DNA of 64,000 bases from Candidatus Levyibacteriota bacterium (lineage in GTDB: Bacteria; Patescibacteriota; Microgenomatia; Levybacterales; UBA12049): NCBI GenBank assembly GCA_030651475.1, contig JAUSEW010000002.1, positions 83,927 to 147,926 of the forward strand, read 5' to 3'. The notes beneath the pieces are model-generated. The model had not been told where the DNA came from and did no database searches. It worked only from the letters and a program-made list of their open reading frames with translations. This document shows positions 1 through 9,024 of the stretch, piece by piece. The stretch's first letter is position 1. Each line of letters opens with the position of its first letter. A program made the translations under genes and the position numbers.

Positions 1-693
1 TTAATTCTTGTTTTTTGCACATTTATATTTCTTTTTTGCCTTCATTATTTAGCAAAGGACGACTTCGTTCTTTTGAGAAAAGACATCTCGGTTGAAAGGG
101 TTTTCAATATAGCTATTTTAGTTTCCTTGGGAACATTATTTTTCGCCAGATTCGGCTACGCGGTTTTAAATCCTAGCGCTAATTTTCTCAATCCATTTGT
201 ATTTTTTCTTTTTCCCTATTTTCCCGGACTTTCTTTGGTTTCATCAGTTGTAGGAGGATCGATGATATTTTTCCTAATCTCGGATTTTAAAAAAATGCCC
301 ACAGGCCACTTATTTGATTTATTTTCAATATCTTTTTTAAGCGCTTTCCCAATTGGCTTATTTGGTTACTTTTTGCTTTCCCGCGTCCATTTATTGGCTA
401 TAAAACCAATTCTTATATTTCTGATTGCTGTTTTGATGTTTATATTTTTCCTCAAAGTTCTTTTGCCGAAAAAACATAAAAACAAATTTCAGGACGGGTC
501 ATTGGGATTTATGTTTTTAGCTCTATTTTCCCTAGTGCTTTTCATAGAAAGCATTACCGGGATATTCAAAGTAGTAAGCGTATTAAAAATAGAAGAGCTT
601 ATTGTTTTAGGGGCAACATTTACAATTTCTCTTGTTCTTCTTATAAAACAAGAAAACCTCTTATCGAAAACAAAAGGTCTGAAAAAAAACTAG
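1..693 (+). CDS. Multi-pass membrane protein, prolipoprotein diacylglyceryl transferase (Lgt)-like; 5' partial
   Basis: Frame is open from base 1; many hydrophobic helices; ARFGY and FPGLSL..GG segments resemble CPR Lgt-like proteins. Confidence 0.5.
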   Translation, partial: LILVFCTFIFLFCLHYLAKDDFVLLRKDISVERVFNIAILVSLGTLFFARFGYAVLNPSANFLNPFVFFLFPYFPGLSLVSSVVGGSMIFFLISDFKKMPTGHLFDLFSISFLSAFPIGLFGYFLLSRVHLLAIKPILIFLIAVLMFIFFLKVLLPKKHKNKFQDGSLGFMFLALFSLVLFIESITGIFKVVSVLKIEELIVLGATFTISLVLLIKQENLLSKTKGLKKN

Positions 694-1355
694 CTATTCT
701 TTTGCGTTTTTTGTTGGGGGAATTTAGTAACGAGCATTAAATTTAGAATCGCAGTTAGAAGCGAGAACCTTCTTTCCAGAGGAAGATCGGGATCTCTCAT
801 TATTTCTCGTAAGCGGTGTATGGTTACCTCCTTGCTCAAGGAAAGCGCTTCTTCCATATTGAGCAATACTTTCTTTTTGAAATCCTTAGAGAATTTTTTA
901 AGTTGGTCCCTAATAAGTGAAATGTCACGATTTCTCATGCCATTAACGGCAAGCATATCGGCTGCCTCTCCTTCTCTTCCTCTAATCAATCCCAACAATA
1001 TATCAGATGGCTCAGTTTGCGTTTTTCCTTGCTCTCTCGCTTCATCTACGGCGAAGTCGATAACACGTTTTGCTCTAGGTGTAAAGTCGAGAATTCGTTC
1101 GGGCGATAGTTCACCCCCTTCAGTATTTTTAATAAGACGTAACATGGAATTCTCCATATCTTCAGGACTATCTTGACGCCTACTTCTCATAAAGCCTAAA
1201 ATTAGAGGATCTTCCAATGAGGCCAACAGAATATGGCTAGGCGAAACATACTCATGATTTAGAGATACAGCAAGTTCGTGAGCTCTTGCCACAATCTGTC
1301 TTGTGTCATCCGAAAATTTGAGTTGTGTTTCTACTTTTCGATCTTCTTTTCCCAT
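690..1355 (-). CDS. Stand-alone Clp N-terminal (double Clp_N repeat) domain protein
   Basis: FSDDTRQIVARAHELA..LNHEYVSPSHILLA and FTPRAKRVIDFAVDEA..G...PSDILLGL match the two ClpC N-domain repeats; no AAA+ module. Confidence 0.85.
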   Translation of the reverse strand: MGKEDRKVETQLKFSDDTRQIVARAHELAVSLNHEYVSPSHILLASLEDPLILGFMRSRRQDSPEDMENSMLRLIKNTEGGELSPERILDFTPRAKRVIDFAVDEAREQGKTQTEPSDILLGLIRGREGEAADMLAVNGMRNRDISLIRDQLKKFSKDFKKKVLLNMEEALSLSKEVTIHRLREIMRDPDLPLERRFSLLTAILNLMLVTKFPQQKTQKNS

Positions 1356-1372
1356 AATTTAATTTGGCGTTT

Positions 1373-1867
1373 CTATGTCTCCCTAAGACTTTCCTCTAGT
1401 CTTATTGAGGCTTTTAATGCGGATACAAGACCTACGCTTCTTTCGCCACTGACGGATATTAAAGCTTCCCTGAAAGCTTCTCCACCCTCTGTAGGAGAAC
1501 TATAAATTGCCATCAGCCAATCGCCTGCTCTAATTTGGGGAGATCCAGACTCCATTCTATTTTTATCTGCGACAATAAATATATCTTGGATTGATCCAGC
1601 AGGCTTATTTTTATTTAGACCACTTTTTATAATTTCTTCGAAAGTTTTACGTGCTCGTTCGTAGTCTATGTCGGCAGTTTCTAATTCTGCCCGTGTTGTG
1701 GTATTCCAAAATATAGCATATACCATATCCGATACTTCTGGTTGGTCGTGTCTATGGCGTTGAGCAAACCATCTGGCTGACTTTACGAGTATTTTTCCGC
1801 TTGGGGAACATTGTGATTCAATTTCCTCTATGGTTGGAATTCCTGTCTTTTTTTCCGCAGTAGTCAT
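1373..1867 (-). CDS. Divergent Clp_N-like protein
   Basis: SPSGKILVKSARWFAQRHRHDQPEVSDMVYAI and IQDIFIVADKNRMESGSPQIRAGDWLMAI follow Clp_N repeat spacing. Confidence 0.55.
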   Translation of the reverse strand: MTTAEKKTGIPTIEEIESQCSPSGKILVKSARWFAQRHRHDQPEVSDMVYAIFWNTTTRAELETADIDYERARKTFEEIIKSGLNKNKPAGSIQDIFIVADKNRMESGSPQIRAGDWLMAIYSSPTEGGEAFREALISVSGERSVGLVSALKASIRLEESLRET

Positions 1868-1876
1868 ATCGGGGAA

Positions 1877-1905
1877 ATTATAGTAAATTAGAGCCTATAA
1901 GTCAA
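1877..1905 (-). promoter_or_regulatory. Sigma70 promoter of the Clp_N gene pair
   Basis: TTGACT-N17-TATAAT on the minus strand, 9 nt before ATG 1867. Confidence 0.75.
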
Positions 1906-1927
1906 CTGTTTGTGCTATGATATCAAG

Positions 1928-2698
1928 ATGGAGGCGAAAATTATTTTTGAGGATGAGCAGATTTTGGTTTTGGATAAGCCGGCAGGGATGATTGTTAATC
2001 GGTCTGATACAACGAAAGGGGAGACAACTCTGCAGGATTTCGTGGAAAAACATTTAAACATTCCAACTCCGAAACCCCAAGCGAAAACGGAAGTTCAGGA
2101 TGGAGATTATGCTGCTCAAACAGAACAGAATTTTATTTCCAGATCGGGGATTGTGCATCGGCTGGATAAGGAGACTTCGGGAATTATTTTGGTTGCCAAA
2201 ACGCTTGGTGCTTTTATGAATTTACAAGCTCAATTTAAAGAGCGAAAAGTACAAAAAACCTATCTTGCACTTACTCATGGGAAAATAGAGCCAGAAGCAG
2301 GCGAAATAAATGTTGCAGTTGGACGGCTGCCTTGGAACAGAAAAAGATTTGGAGTTTTGTCAGGCGGACGAGAAGCAATAACGCGTTACCGCGTAATTTC
2401 AAATTTCAAATTTCAAATTTCAAATTCTCAAGAGGACTTGAGTTTGGTAGAGCTTAGTCCTAAGACGGGGAGGACGCATCAGATAAGAGTTCACTTGCAA
2501 TACATCAAACATCCTATTTTCGCTGATCCTTTATATGCCGGACGTAAAACATCAAGAAACGATAGGAAATTTTTGCCTCGGGTTTTCCTCCACGCCAGTA
2601 AAATTTCATTTTTCCACCCCGCAAGCGGAGAGTTACTCTCCTTAGAAAGTCCCTTACCCGACGAGCTAAAGAATTTTTTGTCTGCTCTTAAATCTTGA
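1928..2698 (+). CDS. RluA/RluD-family RNA pseudouridine synthase
   Basis: DKPAGM, HRLDKETSG (catalytic Asp), TGRTHQIRVH, LHA motifs. Start set at ATG 1928 after TGCTATGAT. Confidence 0.93.
   Translation: MEAKIIFEDEQILVLDKPAGMIVNRSDTTKGETTLQDFVEKHLNIPTPKPQAKTEVQDGDYAAQTEQNFISRSGIVHRLDKETSGIILVAKTLGAFMNLQAQFKERKVQKTYLALTHGKIEPEAGEINVAVGRLPWNRKRFGVLSGGREAITRYRVISNFKFQISNSQEDLSLVELSPKTGRTHQIRVHLQYIKHPIFADPLYAGRKTSRNDRKFLPRVFLHASKISFFHPASGELLSLESPLPDELKNFLSALKS
2395..2422. repeat. (AATTTCA)x4 heptamer tandem repeat inside rluA
   Basis: Four perfect copies, encoding ISNFKFQISN. Confidence 0.85.
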
Positions 2699-2712
2699 TT
2701 TTATTCACCAGA

Positions 2713-2739
2713 CTTCCCACATTCCATGTGGGAGCACGA
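2713..2739. repeat. REP-like hairpin downstream of RAYT-1
   Basis: CTTCCCACATTCCATGTGGGAGCACGA; inverted counterpart of 3424-3449. Confidence 0.8.
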
Positions 2740-2746
2740 CTTTTTA

Positions 2747-3406
2747 CTATTTTTCTTCGTCTGGATCTATAAGCAAGCTATAAATCTCTGGATTATCGGT
2801 TTCGGTTTCCTCTTCCTCTACAAATGATTGGTAGCTTAAGTTGGGGATAGTTTTTGAGAAATAAGACAGGATAAATTCCGTATTGCAAAAAGGATGCTTA
2901 TCCTTAGATAAATAATAGCTGTATGAGGAATAAGGATAGAGATTAAGACTTTCTTTATGCAACTTCAAGGGATTACGATGAATATACTTTGACACTTGCA
3001 ATAAATATCCGTCATTTTCAATAAGCTTAGCCTTAAATGTACCTTGAAAGAGGGGCCCGATACGATCATACTTGGTATTGAAATATCTAGTATAGCTATT
3101 GGCAAATTTCCTTATGAAATTTGTTATTCCGCCATCTGCGTTTTGTTTTAGCAGAAAGTGAAAATGGTTAGGCATTAAGCAGTAGGAATAAATCTCTACC
3201 AATTCAATTTGGTTTTCGATCTTTTTAGCTTTTTCTATTCCTCTTTTAAAATCGGAAAGTTTTGCCGGCAGCGGAGCTTTGCGATAGAAATCCATAGTTA
3301 ATAAAAACTGTTGATAGTCACGTTTGCCAATAAAAATATTTCTCTTTTCTACTCCTCGGTTATAGATATGATAATAGTTGCCGTTAACAAAAGGAGGATT
3401 AGTCAT
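2747..3406 (-). mobile_element. REP-associated tyrosine transposase (RAYT, IS200/Y1 HUH family), copy 1
   Basis: YYHIYNRG, YCLMPNHFH (HUH), YIHRNP, YPYSSY motifs; flanked by inverted REP hairpins. Start set at ATG 3406. Confidence 0.9.
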
Positions 3407-3423
3407 TATTAGATGATAAATAT

Positions 3424-3449
3424 TCGTGCTCCCACTTGTCAAGTGGGAG
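3424..3449. repeat. REP-like hairpin upstream of RAYT-1; contains its -35
   Basis: TCGTGCTCCCACTTGTCAAGTGGGAG; minus strand reads TTGACA-N18-TATCAT-N6-ATG. Confidence 0.8.
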
Positions 3450-3605
3450 AGGGAGAGGGTGAGCTAGTTCGGCATGCGAATAGCTACAAACTGATTCAAA
3501 GACTAAAAGATGAGATTTTGTTTTGGGATGGGGAAGCTTGATTTTATTAGCGAATTATTGGTATTATTTGTAGTATTGACAGTATTTCAAGGACGGTGAT
3601 TATTT

Positions 3606-3746
3606 ATGGCTGGTTTCGGAGGATTTTACAAAGGAGAAAAAAAGAAAAAGAAGAAAGGTTCCGCGAAAAGTAATTTCGTTTCTCCATTGGGCGCACCAAC
3701 GCTTACGATGCCCGAAATTATATCTAAAAAGAAAAAATACGAATAA
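3606..3746 (+). CDS. Small basic protein, 46 aa (MAGFGGFYKGEKKKKKKG...), not in ORF track
   Basis: Clean ATG..TAA; purine-rich GGACGGTGA upstream; ends 5 nt before the next gene. Confidence 0.65.
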   Translation: MAGFGGFYKGEKKKKKKGSAKSNFVSPLGAPTLTMPEIISKKKKYE

Positions 3747-3751
3747 AATTT

Positions 3752-4567
3752 ATGAGGAGAAAAAAGACCGATTCCGGTTTCGGAAGGGCGAAGGTCGCCA
3801 TATTTTTCGCAGTTTTCGTAATCTTGGTGGTATTATTCTCGCTAATTTTTAAAGTTCTTAAAATAGTAGAGCAAAGCAAGTTTGATAACTACCACCGTTT
3901 TACCATAAGCGTTGCCAATAACAGGAAGACAGAAGTTATATCGTTTCTTCCAAGCGACAAAAAGATATGGGTTATAAAAATTGATGGAGATTTGCAAAGC
4001 AATTCCCAAAATGACCTGAATAGATTTTTGGAAATTACAACAGATGCAAGAGTAGAGAATAGCTCCCTAAATCTTGATAACGAGGTTCCTGTTCTGATGT
4101 CAAGTGTACTTACGGGTTTTGGAAATTTCAAAACAGATTTGACGATAATAGATGCATTTAGGCTTTTCCTTTTTTCGAAAACTATCCCGAAAGACTTTAT
4201 TGGCACAAAGAATATTTCTACTTCTTTGCAAAGCCTAGAAGTTGACAAGACAATTTCTTCTCTTTTCGCAGATGCAGAGCTCGTGAAAGATATAAAAACC
4301 ATAGAAATCACCAACGCAGCAGACGTTCCAAATCTTGGAGGACGGTTGGCAAGACTAATTACGAATATGGGCGGAAATGTGGTTTTAATAACCACGGATA
4401 ATGCTGTCGGAAAAGAGTCCAGTATTTTCTATACAGGCAAAAAAACCTATACTGTAGATAGATTATCCAGGATTTTGGGTTTTAAAAGCGTTGAGAGTCA
4501 GAATTTGGGGATAGCGGATATAAAAATCGTCATTGGGACAGATTCTTTGCCAAAACTCGTTTTTTAG
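3752..4567 (+). CDS. Membrane-anchored LytR C-terminal domain protein
   Basis: N-terminal TM helix; IEITNAADVPNLGGRLARLITNMGGNVV...ADIKIVIG typical of LytR_C. Confidence 0.75.
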   Translation: MRRKKTDSGFGRAKVAIFFAVFVILVVLFSLIFKVLKIVEQSKFDNYHRFTISVANNRKTEVISFLPSDKKIWVIKIDGDLQSNSQNDLNRFLEITTDARVENSSLNLDNEVPVLMSSVLTGFGNFKTDLTIIDAFRLFLFSKTIPKDFIGTKNISTSLQSLEVDKTISSLFADAELVKDIKTIEITNAADVPNLGGRLARLITNMGGNVVLITTDNAVGKESSIFYTGKKTYTVDRLSRILGFKSVESQNLGIADIKIVIGTDSLPKLVF

Positions 4568-4569
4568 AA

Positions 4570-5301
4570 TTACTCTTGGTCTTCTATGATTTTTTCCGCT
4601 TCATCCATAATGTCTTCATCCTCATTGTGGATTTTAATATGCCTAGCTTTATCTTTTTTATCGGGATTATTTTTATCAAGACTTAAATTTTTGATGCTTT
4701 CTTCCAGAAAAGAAGGCTGGTTTTTGAACCGGGGAGCCATCTTAACCTCTCGTAGAAAAACAACCACACGATTGTTGTTAGTTGATTTAACATAAGCTTC
4801 GTAGATACTTCCTCCTTTGATGAATTTAATGAGCCTTTTTCCCACATCATCAGGCAGTACTCCTATGTATTGCTCTTGGTTTTCGATAAATACTTTTAGC
4901 CTTTTGACAATAAGATTGAGCACCTGTCCGGTTATCAATCCGGAAACTATTTTGGGTTGTGCCACGTTAACAAGCTCGATAATTTTGGTTTTTCCAGGCG
5001 TCTCAATGAAAGATTTAGAGTATACTCCGGAAAATCCGTTTAGCTTTTTCCTGTTCGGTTCTTCCTTAAGACGTTTTAGATTGCGTAGGGCAATAGGATT
5101 GACAGAATCAATTTTGAGCACTTTTCTATACGTGGCTTTGGCTTCTTTTATCTTGTCCAGAAGCGTGAAAGCGAAAGCTAAGCGGTTCAAAGCTCCAATA
5201 TCGTTTGGATTTGCAGAAAGCAGGGATTTATTAAGCGACGTCGCGTTTTTCCAATTGCCTTGCAGTGCCGTTTGTATTGCTTGATTTTTTGATGATATCA
5301 T
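4570..5301 (-). CDS. TPR-containing protein
   Basis: N-terminal TPR helices (PNDIGALNRLAFA..A..Y.KVLKID..N.IA). The track's TTG at 5358 is the -35 of TTGACT-N17-TAAAAT, so start set at ATG 5301. Confidence 0.7.
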   Translation of the reverse strand: MISSKNQAIQTALQGNWKNATSLNKSLLSANPNDIGALNRLAFAFTLLDKIKEAKATYRKVLKIDSVNPIALRNLKRLKEEPNRKKLNGFSGVYSKSFIETPGKTKIIELVNVAQPKIVSGLITGQVLNLIVKRLKVFIENQEQYIGVLPDDVGKRLIKFIKGGSIYEAYVKSTNNNRVVVFLREVKMAPRFKNQPSFLEESIKNLSLDKNNPDKKDKARHIKIHNEDEDIMDEAEKIIEDQE

Positions 5302-5464
5302 GAGTGGAATCCCTATGGAGTTGGGGAAAATTTTACTACTATTTCTTGCAAAAGTCAAGATGGAAAGCTATAATTGGAGAGCGTTTAGAGGAAAATAGCG
5401 TTTAGTTATCATAAGTTTGTCGAACCTAACTATACGCTAGACGCTAACAAACTGAACGCTATCT

Positions 5465-6196
5465 ATGAGCGGACATTCTAAATGGGCTACGATAAAAAGA
5501 GCAAAAGGAGCTGCGGATGTCAAACGAGGCTTAGCTTTTACGAAGCTTTCAAACGCCATAACTATTGCTGTAAAACAGGGTGGGGGAATTGGCGATCCGG
5601 CACAAAATTTTAAATTAAGACTGGCTGTTGAGGCTGCAAGGGCTTTGAACATGCCAAAAGAGAACATTGAGCGGGCCATAGGAAGAGCTGCGGCCAAAGG
5701 AGAAAAGATAGCAGAAGAAGTAACCTATGAAGGGTTCGCGTCTGAAGGAGTCGCAATAATCGTTGAAGCGGCGACGGATAATCCCCAAAGAACAAGCGCC
5801 GAGATTAAAAATATTTTCAATAAGTCGAATGCCAGCTTTGGTCAGCCCGGATCTGTTTCCTATCTTTTTAAACAGGTAGGGAAAATCGTCGTAGTTAAGG
5901 ACGGGAAAACTTTCGATGACATCTTTGCTCTGGCAGTAGAAAGCGGCGCGAATGATATAGAGGAGGGAGTGGAGGATAGGTGTACTATGTATACGGATAC
6001 TACCTCTTTGTTCAAAGTCAAAGATGCGCTTGTTGCTAAGGGATTAAAGGTTGAAGACGTAGGGCTCGTAAGAAAGCCAATCAATGTCATTCCGATAGCG
6101 GATGCTGCTAAAAAACAGCAGATTTTTGATTTTATAGGTAAATTAGAGGAAATGGACGATGTACAAAAAGTTTATTCAAATATCTCTTTAAATTAA
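5465..6196 (+). CDS. yebC: YebC/PmpR family protein
   Basis: MSGHSKWATIK, MPKENIERAI, YEG, TDN..RT, DDVQKVYSN. Confidence 0.95.
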   Translation: MSGHSKWATIKRAKGAADVKRGLAFTKLSNAITIAVKQGGGIGDPAQNFKLRLAVEAARALNMPKENIERAIGRAAAKGEKIAEEVTYEGFASEGVAIIVEAATDNPQRTSAEIKNIFNKSNASFGQPGSVSYLFKQVGKIVVVKDGKTFDDIFALAVESGANDIEEGVEDRCTMYTDTTSLFKVKDALVAKGLKVEDVGLVRKPINVIPIADAAKKQQIFDFIGKLEEMDDVQKVYSNISLN

Positions 6197-6197
6197 G

Positions 6198-7004
6198 ATG
6201 CGACGCTCTTTTTTCAGACGCAGTAATTTCATTTTGGCAATTTCCAAACGGCAGAAATTTATAATAACGGTTTTGGTTTCTTCTCTGATGCTTTTTTTCG
6301 CCGAGAGTATCTTCGGCAAATCGGGAATTCTTCTCGCGTTTTTGCTCTCAATATCAACATCCTTGTTGTTTCTTTGGTCGGAATATGACGATCTGAAGGG
6401 AAATTTTTCCTTGCAAGTTTTTATTCTGCTTTTTTTCTACAGCCTTTCTTTTGCCTTATTTTATTTTTTGGTTCCGGCACGTTTTCTTACCAGAATTACG
6501 ATGACTTCTTTATATGGAATAGGACTTTATTCCTTATTTCTTGCGCAAAACATTTTTGTAGTTTCTTCCATAAGGACCATTGCTCTTCTATCTTCGGCGC
6601 GAACAGTAGCTTTTTCCATGACGATTCTAACGTACTTTTTCCTTTCCAACGTGGTTTTTTCGCTTCATTTTAATATCTTTATAACTCTTTTGATATTTTT
6701 TCTTTTTTCTTTCCCCCTAATACTTGAGTCACTTTGGACATATACATTGGAGAGTAAATTATTAGCCTATTCATACTGGGAATTGCCTTTGACAATATGT
6801 TTAGTTGAGACTGCGTTAGTTTTGTGGTTTTGGCCGGTAATGCCGACTATAGCAGCCCTTTTTATGACAGGTTTATTTTATATCATGATTGGTATTTCCC
6901 AAGTGTGGTTCGAGAGAAGGCTTTTTAAAAGCGTAATGTGGGAATATGTTTGGGTTGGGGCTTTGATCTTCTTAATTTTTATCTTCTTCGCAATCAGAGG
7001 CTAA
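6198..7004 (+). CDS. Polytopic membrane protein (DUF5656-like)
   Basis: About 9-10 hydrophobic helices; directly follows yebC. Confidence 0.55.
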   Translation: MRRSFFRRSNFILAISKRQKFIITVLVSSLMLFFAESIFGKSGILLAFLLSISTSLLFLWSEYDDLKGNFSLQVFILLFFYSLSFALFYFLVPARFLTRITMTSLYGIGLYSLFLAQNIFVVSSIRTIALLSSARTVAFSMTILTYFFLSNVVFSLHFNIFITLLIFFLFSFPLILESLWTYTLESKLLAYSYWELPLTICLVETALVLWFWPVMPTIAALFMTGLFYIMIGISQVWFERRLFKSVMWEYVWVGALIFLIFIFFAIRG

Positions 7005-7098
7005 AAAATATACTTCAAGGCGGGGGAAAGGGGAGGGATATAGTTTGATATAGTAATTAATTAAATATTATAGGACACTTCGTCGCTTCGTTCCTCAG

Positions 7099-7144
7099 TG
7101 TGGATAACTTCTAGTTTTCACAAGCTTAGCCTCTACTTTTCACA
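7099..7144. promoter_or_regulatory. DnaA-box cluster
   Basis: Perfect TGTGGATAA (7099-7107) plus GTTTTCACA (7114-7122) and CTTTTCACA (7136-7144), each 1 mismatch to TTWTNCACA; AT-rich tract upstream. Confidence 0.5.
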
Positions 7145-7166
7145 GGTTTACTCTTTGCTCATTCAT

Positions 7167-7261
7167 CGGGGGCCTGCCTCGGACTTTCCCTCCCGCCAGT
7201 GCTCCTTTGACTTCGTCAAATATGCGCGCTGTCGGGAACCCTTCCAGTCGAGTCACCCCTC
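7167..7261. repeat. ~95-bp GC-rich hairpin element, intergenic copy
   Basis: Close match to 11642-11735 inside folD. Confidence 0.85.
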
Positions 7262-7565
7262 TTCCTTATTTGAGGGATCGCAAACTGCTTCTAGCGAATA
7301 AAATACGAATGTCCGAATTGATGGTTTTTGAAGCTAAAACGATACGTTTAGGCTGATTTATCAATCTAAATTATGGTATAGGCAGATGCCCTCGGGGAGG
7401 GAGGCGTTAAAACGAAATTAAAAATTAAAAATGAAAAATTAAAAGCTAAGACAGCGGAGGACATAGGCTCTTATAAGACGGGAAACGAAATAGTCCTCTT
7501 CTGTTAAGGATTGGTCGAAAAAGGTTTTTGACGGGAAAATAGCACTGGAAGTAGAGGAAGTGATT

Positions 7566-7593
7566 ACGTCGTACAATAATACTTTTACGACGT
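7566..7593. other. dif-like Xer recombination site
   Basis: ACGTCGTACAA-TAATAC-TTTTACGACGT: 11-6-11, arms 10/11 inverted; similar arms in the xer promoter 1.4 kb away. Confidence 0.7.
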
Positions 7594-7777
7594 CAGCCAG
7601 CTTCAGTTATTCGGAGAAGTGGCCTAAACCTTGCCGAAATTTTCAATTTTTAATTCTCAATTTTCAATTACGCTACTTACTTCTCTTAATTTTGCGGCTT
7701 ATTTTTCTCCCAAAAAATGCCTATTTAATCCCCCACTATAGGGCTACATAGAGAAAATTTCATGAAGCTATTCGAAG

Positions 7778-8230
7778 CTATTCTTTAATCTTTCTTGCTA
7801 GTTTCGCTAATTTTTTATCATCAGCTCTTTTATGATCATGGGACGAAATGTAGCCTTCGTATTTTTCAAAGAATTTATCAATGCCGGAGCGAAAAGGTTT
7901 CCATTTGCCCATTTTGGTGCCGTGCATGGGGAAAAGTTTGGCATGAACATGATCTACGCCAAAACCCTCAAGAATCATGCCGGTTCTGCCAACGTTTTCT
8001 AGCTTCTTGTCTAACAATTTTCCTACTTTTTTGGCAGCAACAGCCAGATCTCTGAAAACTTTTTCCGGCAGATCGAATGCGTAGCTTGGGTAATGCCTTT
8101 TGGTCGTTATAACGGAGAAGCCTTCTGTATTTGGGAAAATTGACAGAAAAGCAAAATGGCTGGCATCCTCCCAAATTTTGTGACTCGGAGATTTACCGCT
8201 GACAATATCGCAAAAAATACACCCTTTCAC
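7778..8230 (-). CDS. HIT family hydrolase
   Basis: CIFC.I N-terminus and VDHVHAKLFP (HxH with variant third His). Probable GTG start at 8230. Confidence 0.9.
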   Translation of the reverse strand: MKGCIFCDIVSGKSPSHKIWEDASHFAFLSIFPNTEGFSVITTKRHYPSYAFDLPEKVFRDLAVAAKKVGKLLDKKLENVGRTGMILEGFGVDHVHAKLFPMHGTKMGKWKPFRSGIDKFFEKYEGYISSHDHKRADDKKLAKLARKIKE

Positions 8231-8311
8231 ATTTTGAATATAGCAAAATTGCCAAACTCTGTCCAATTGACAATGTTATTTTCCGTATATGTATGATATT
8301 ATACGTGCTGT

Positions 8312-8971
8312 ATGGAAATTGGAACAAGCGAGGGAAAGCCATCTGGTCTCAATCGTGAAATTTCAGAAGGAGAAGCAAGAGAATTTATCCAATCATTACC
8401 TCCAGAAGGCATAATGTTACACGGTACATTTCGTAGGAACATTAAAGACATAAGAAAGAAGGGTTTACTGCTATCTCCACAGCTTAGAAGTGTATACGGC
8501 CTCTTCTTAAAAATTAACATAAACCCATCCTCCGATGAATATTCTCCAAATGACATAGAGAAAATTATGAAGGATTTAAAAACAGCAGTCTGGAATTGTA
8601 CAGGGTATGGAATGCGAGGTACGGGGCATGATAATAAAGATGATAATATGCCAGCTGTAGTGATAGCTAAACTACCTTCCGGGATCATTCCATTAAGGAT
8701 GAGCCATTCGGGACTTCCCGAAGGTAGATCTGATAAATTAATTCCAGCTGGAGATATATTAGCAATAGAGTCCCTTACTCTTCAAGAGTATCTGCAGATT
8801 CCCAAGGAAGAGAAATTTTGGCCAAAACCAGAATTAATAAATATTATGGTAAAGAAAATTATAAACAGCATAATCAACGAGAATAAAAATAATATAAAAC
8901 CAGCAGGAAATATTTTACAAAGGGTTATTGGGAAGCTTTCGAAACAACTTTCTTCTGCACATCTTCATTGA
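8312..8971 (+). CDS. Hypothetical protein with ADP-ribosyltransferase-like HGT motif
   Basis: LHGTFRRNIKDIRKKGL resembles HGT..I...GL of the Tpt1/PARP-like fold; rest unrecognised. Confidence 0.4.
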   Translation: MEIGTSEGKPSGLNREISEGEAREFIQSLPPEGIMLHGTFRRNIKDIRKKGLLLSPQLRSVYGLFLKININPSSDEYSPNDIEKIMKDLKTAVWNCTGYGMRGTGHDNKDDNMPAVVIAKLPSGIIPLRMSHSGLPEGRSDKLIPAGDILAIESLTLQEYLQIPKEEKFWPKPELINIMVKKIINSIINENKNNIKPAGNILQRVIGKLSKQLSSAHLH

Positions 8972-9017
8972 CAATTTTATTTCCGCGTCGCATAATATAA
9001 TAATCCACGTCGCAAAA
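8968..9017 (+). promoter_or_regulatory. xer promoter with two dif-arm-like half-sites
   Basis: TTGACA-N17-CATAAT; GCGTCGCATAA (8985-8995) and ACGTCGCAAAA (9007-9017). Confidence 0.65.
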
Positions 9018-9024
9018 TAATTTT

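Noticed and set aside
7370-7705. RNase P, tmRNA or 6S RNA in the large intergenic gap
   Set aside because: Some hairpins (e.g. ~7451-7504) but no GAGGAAAGUCC core or tRNA-like ends; a weak unknown ncRNA cannot be excluded.
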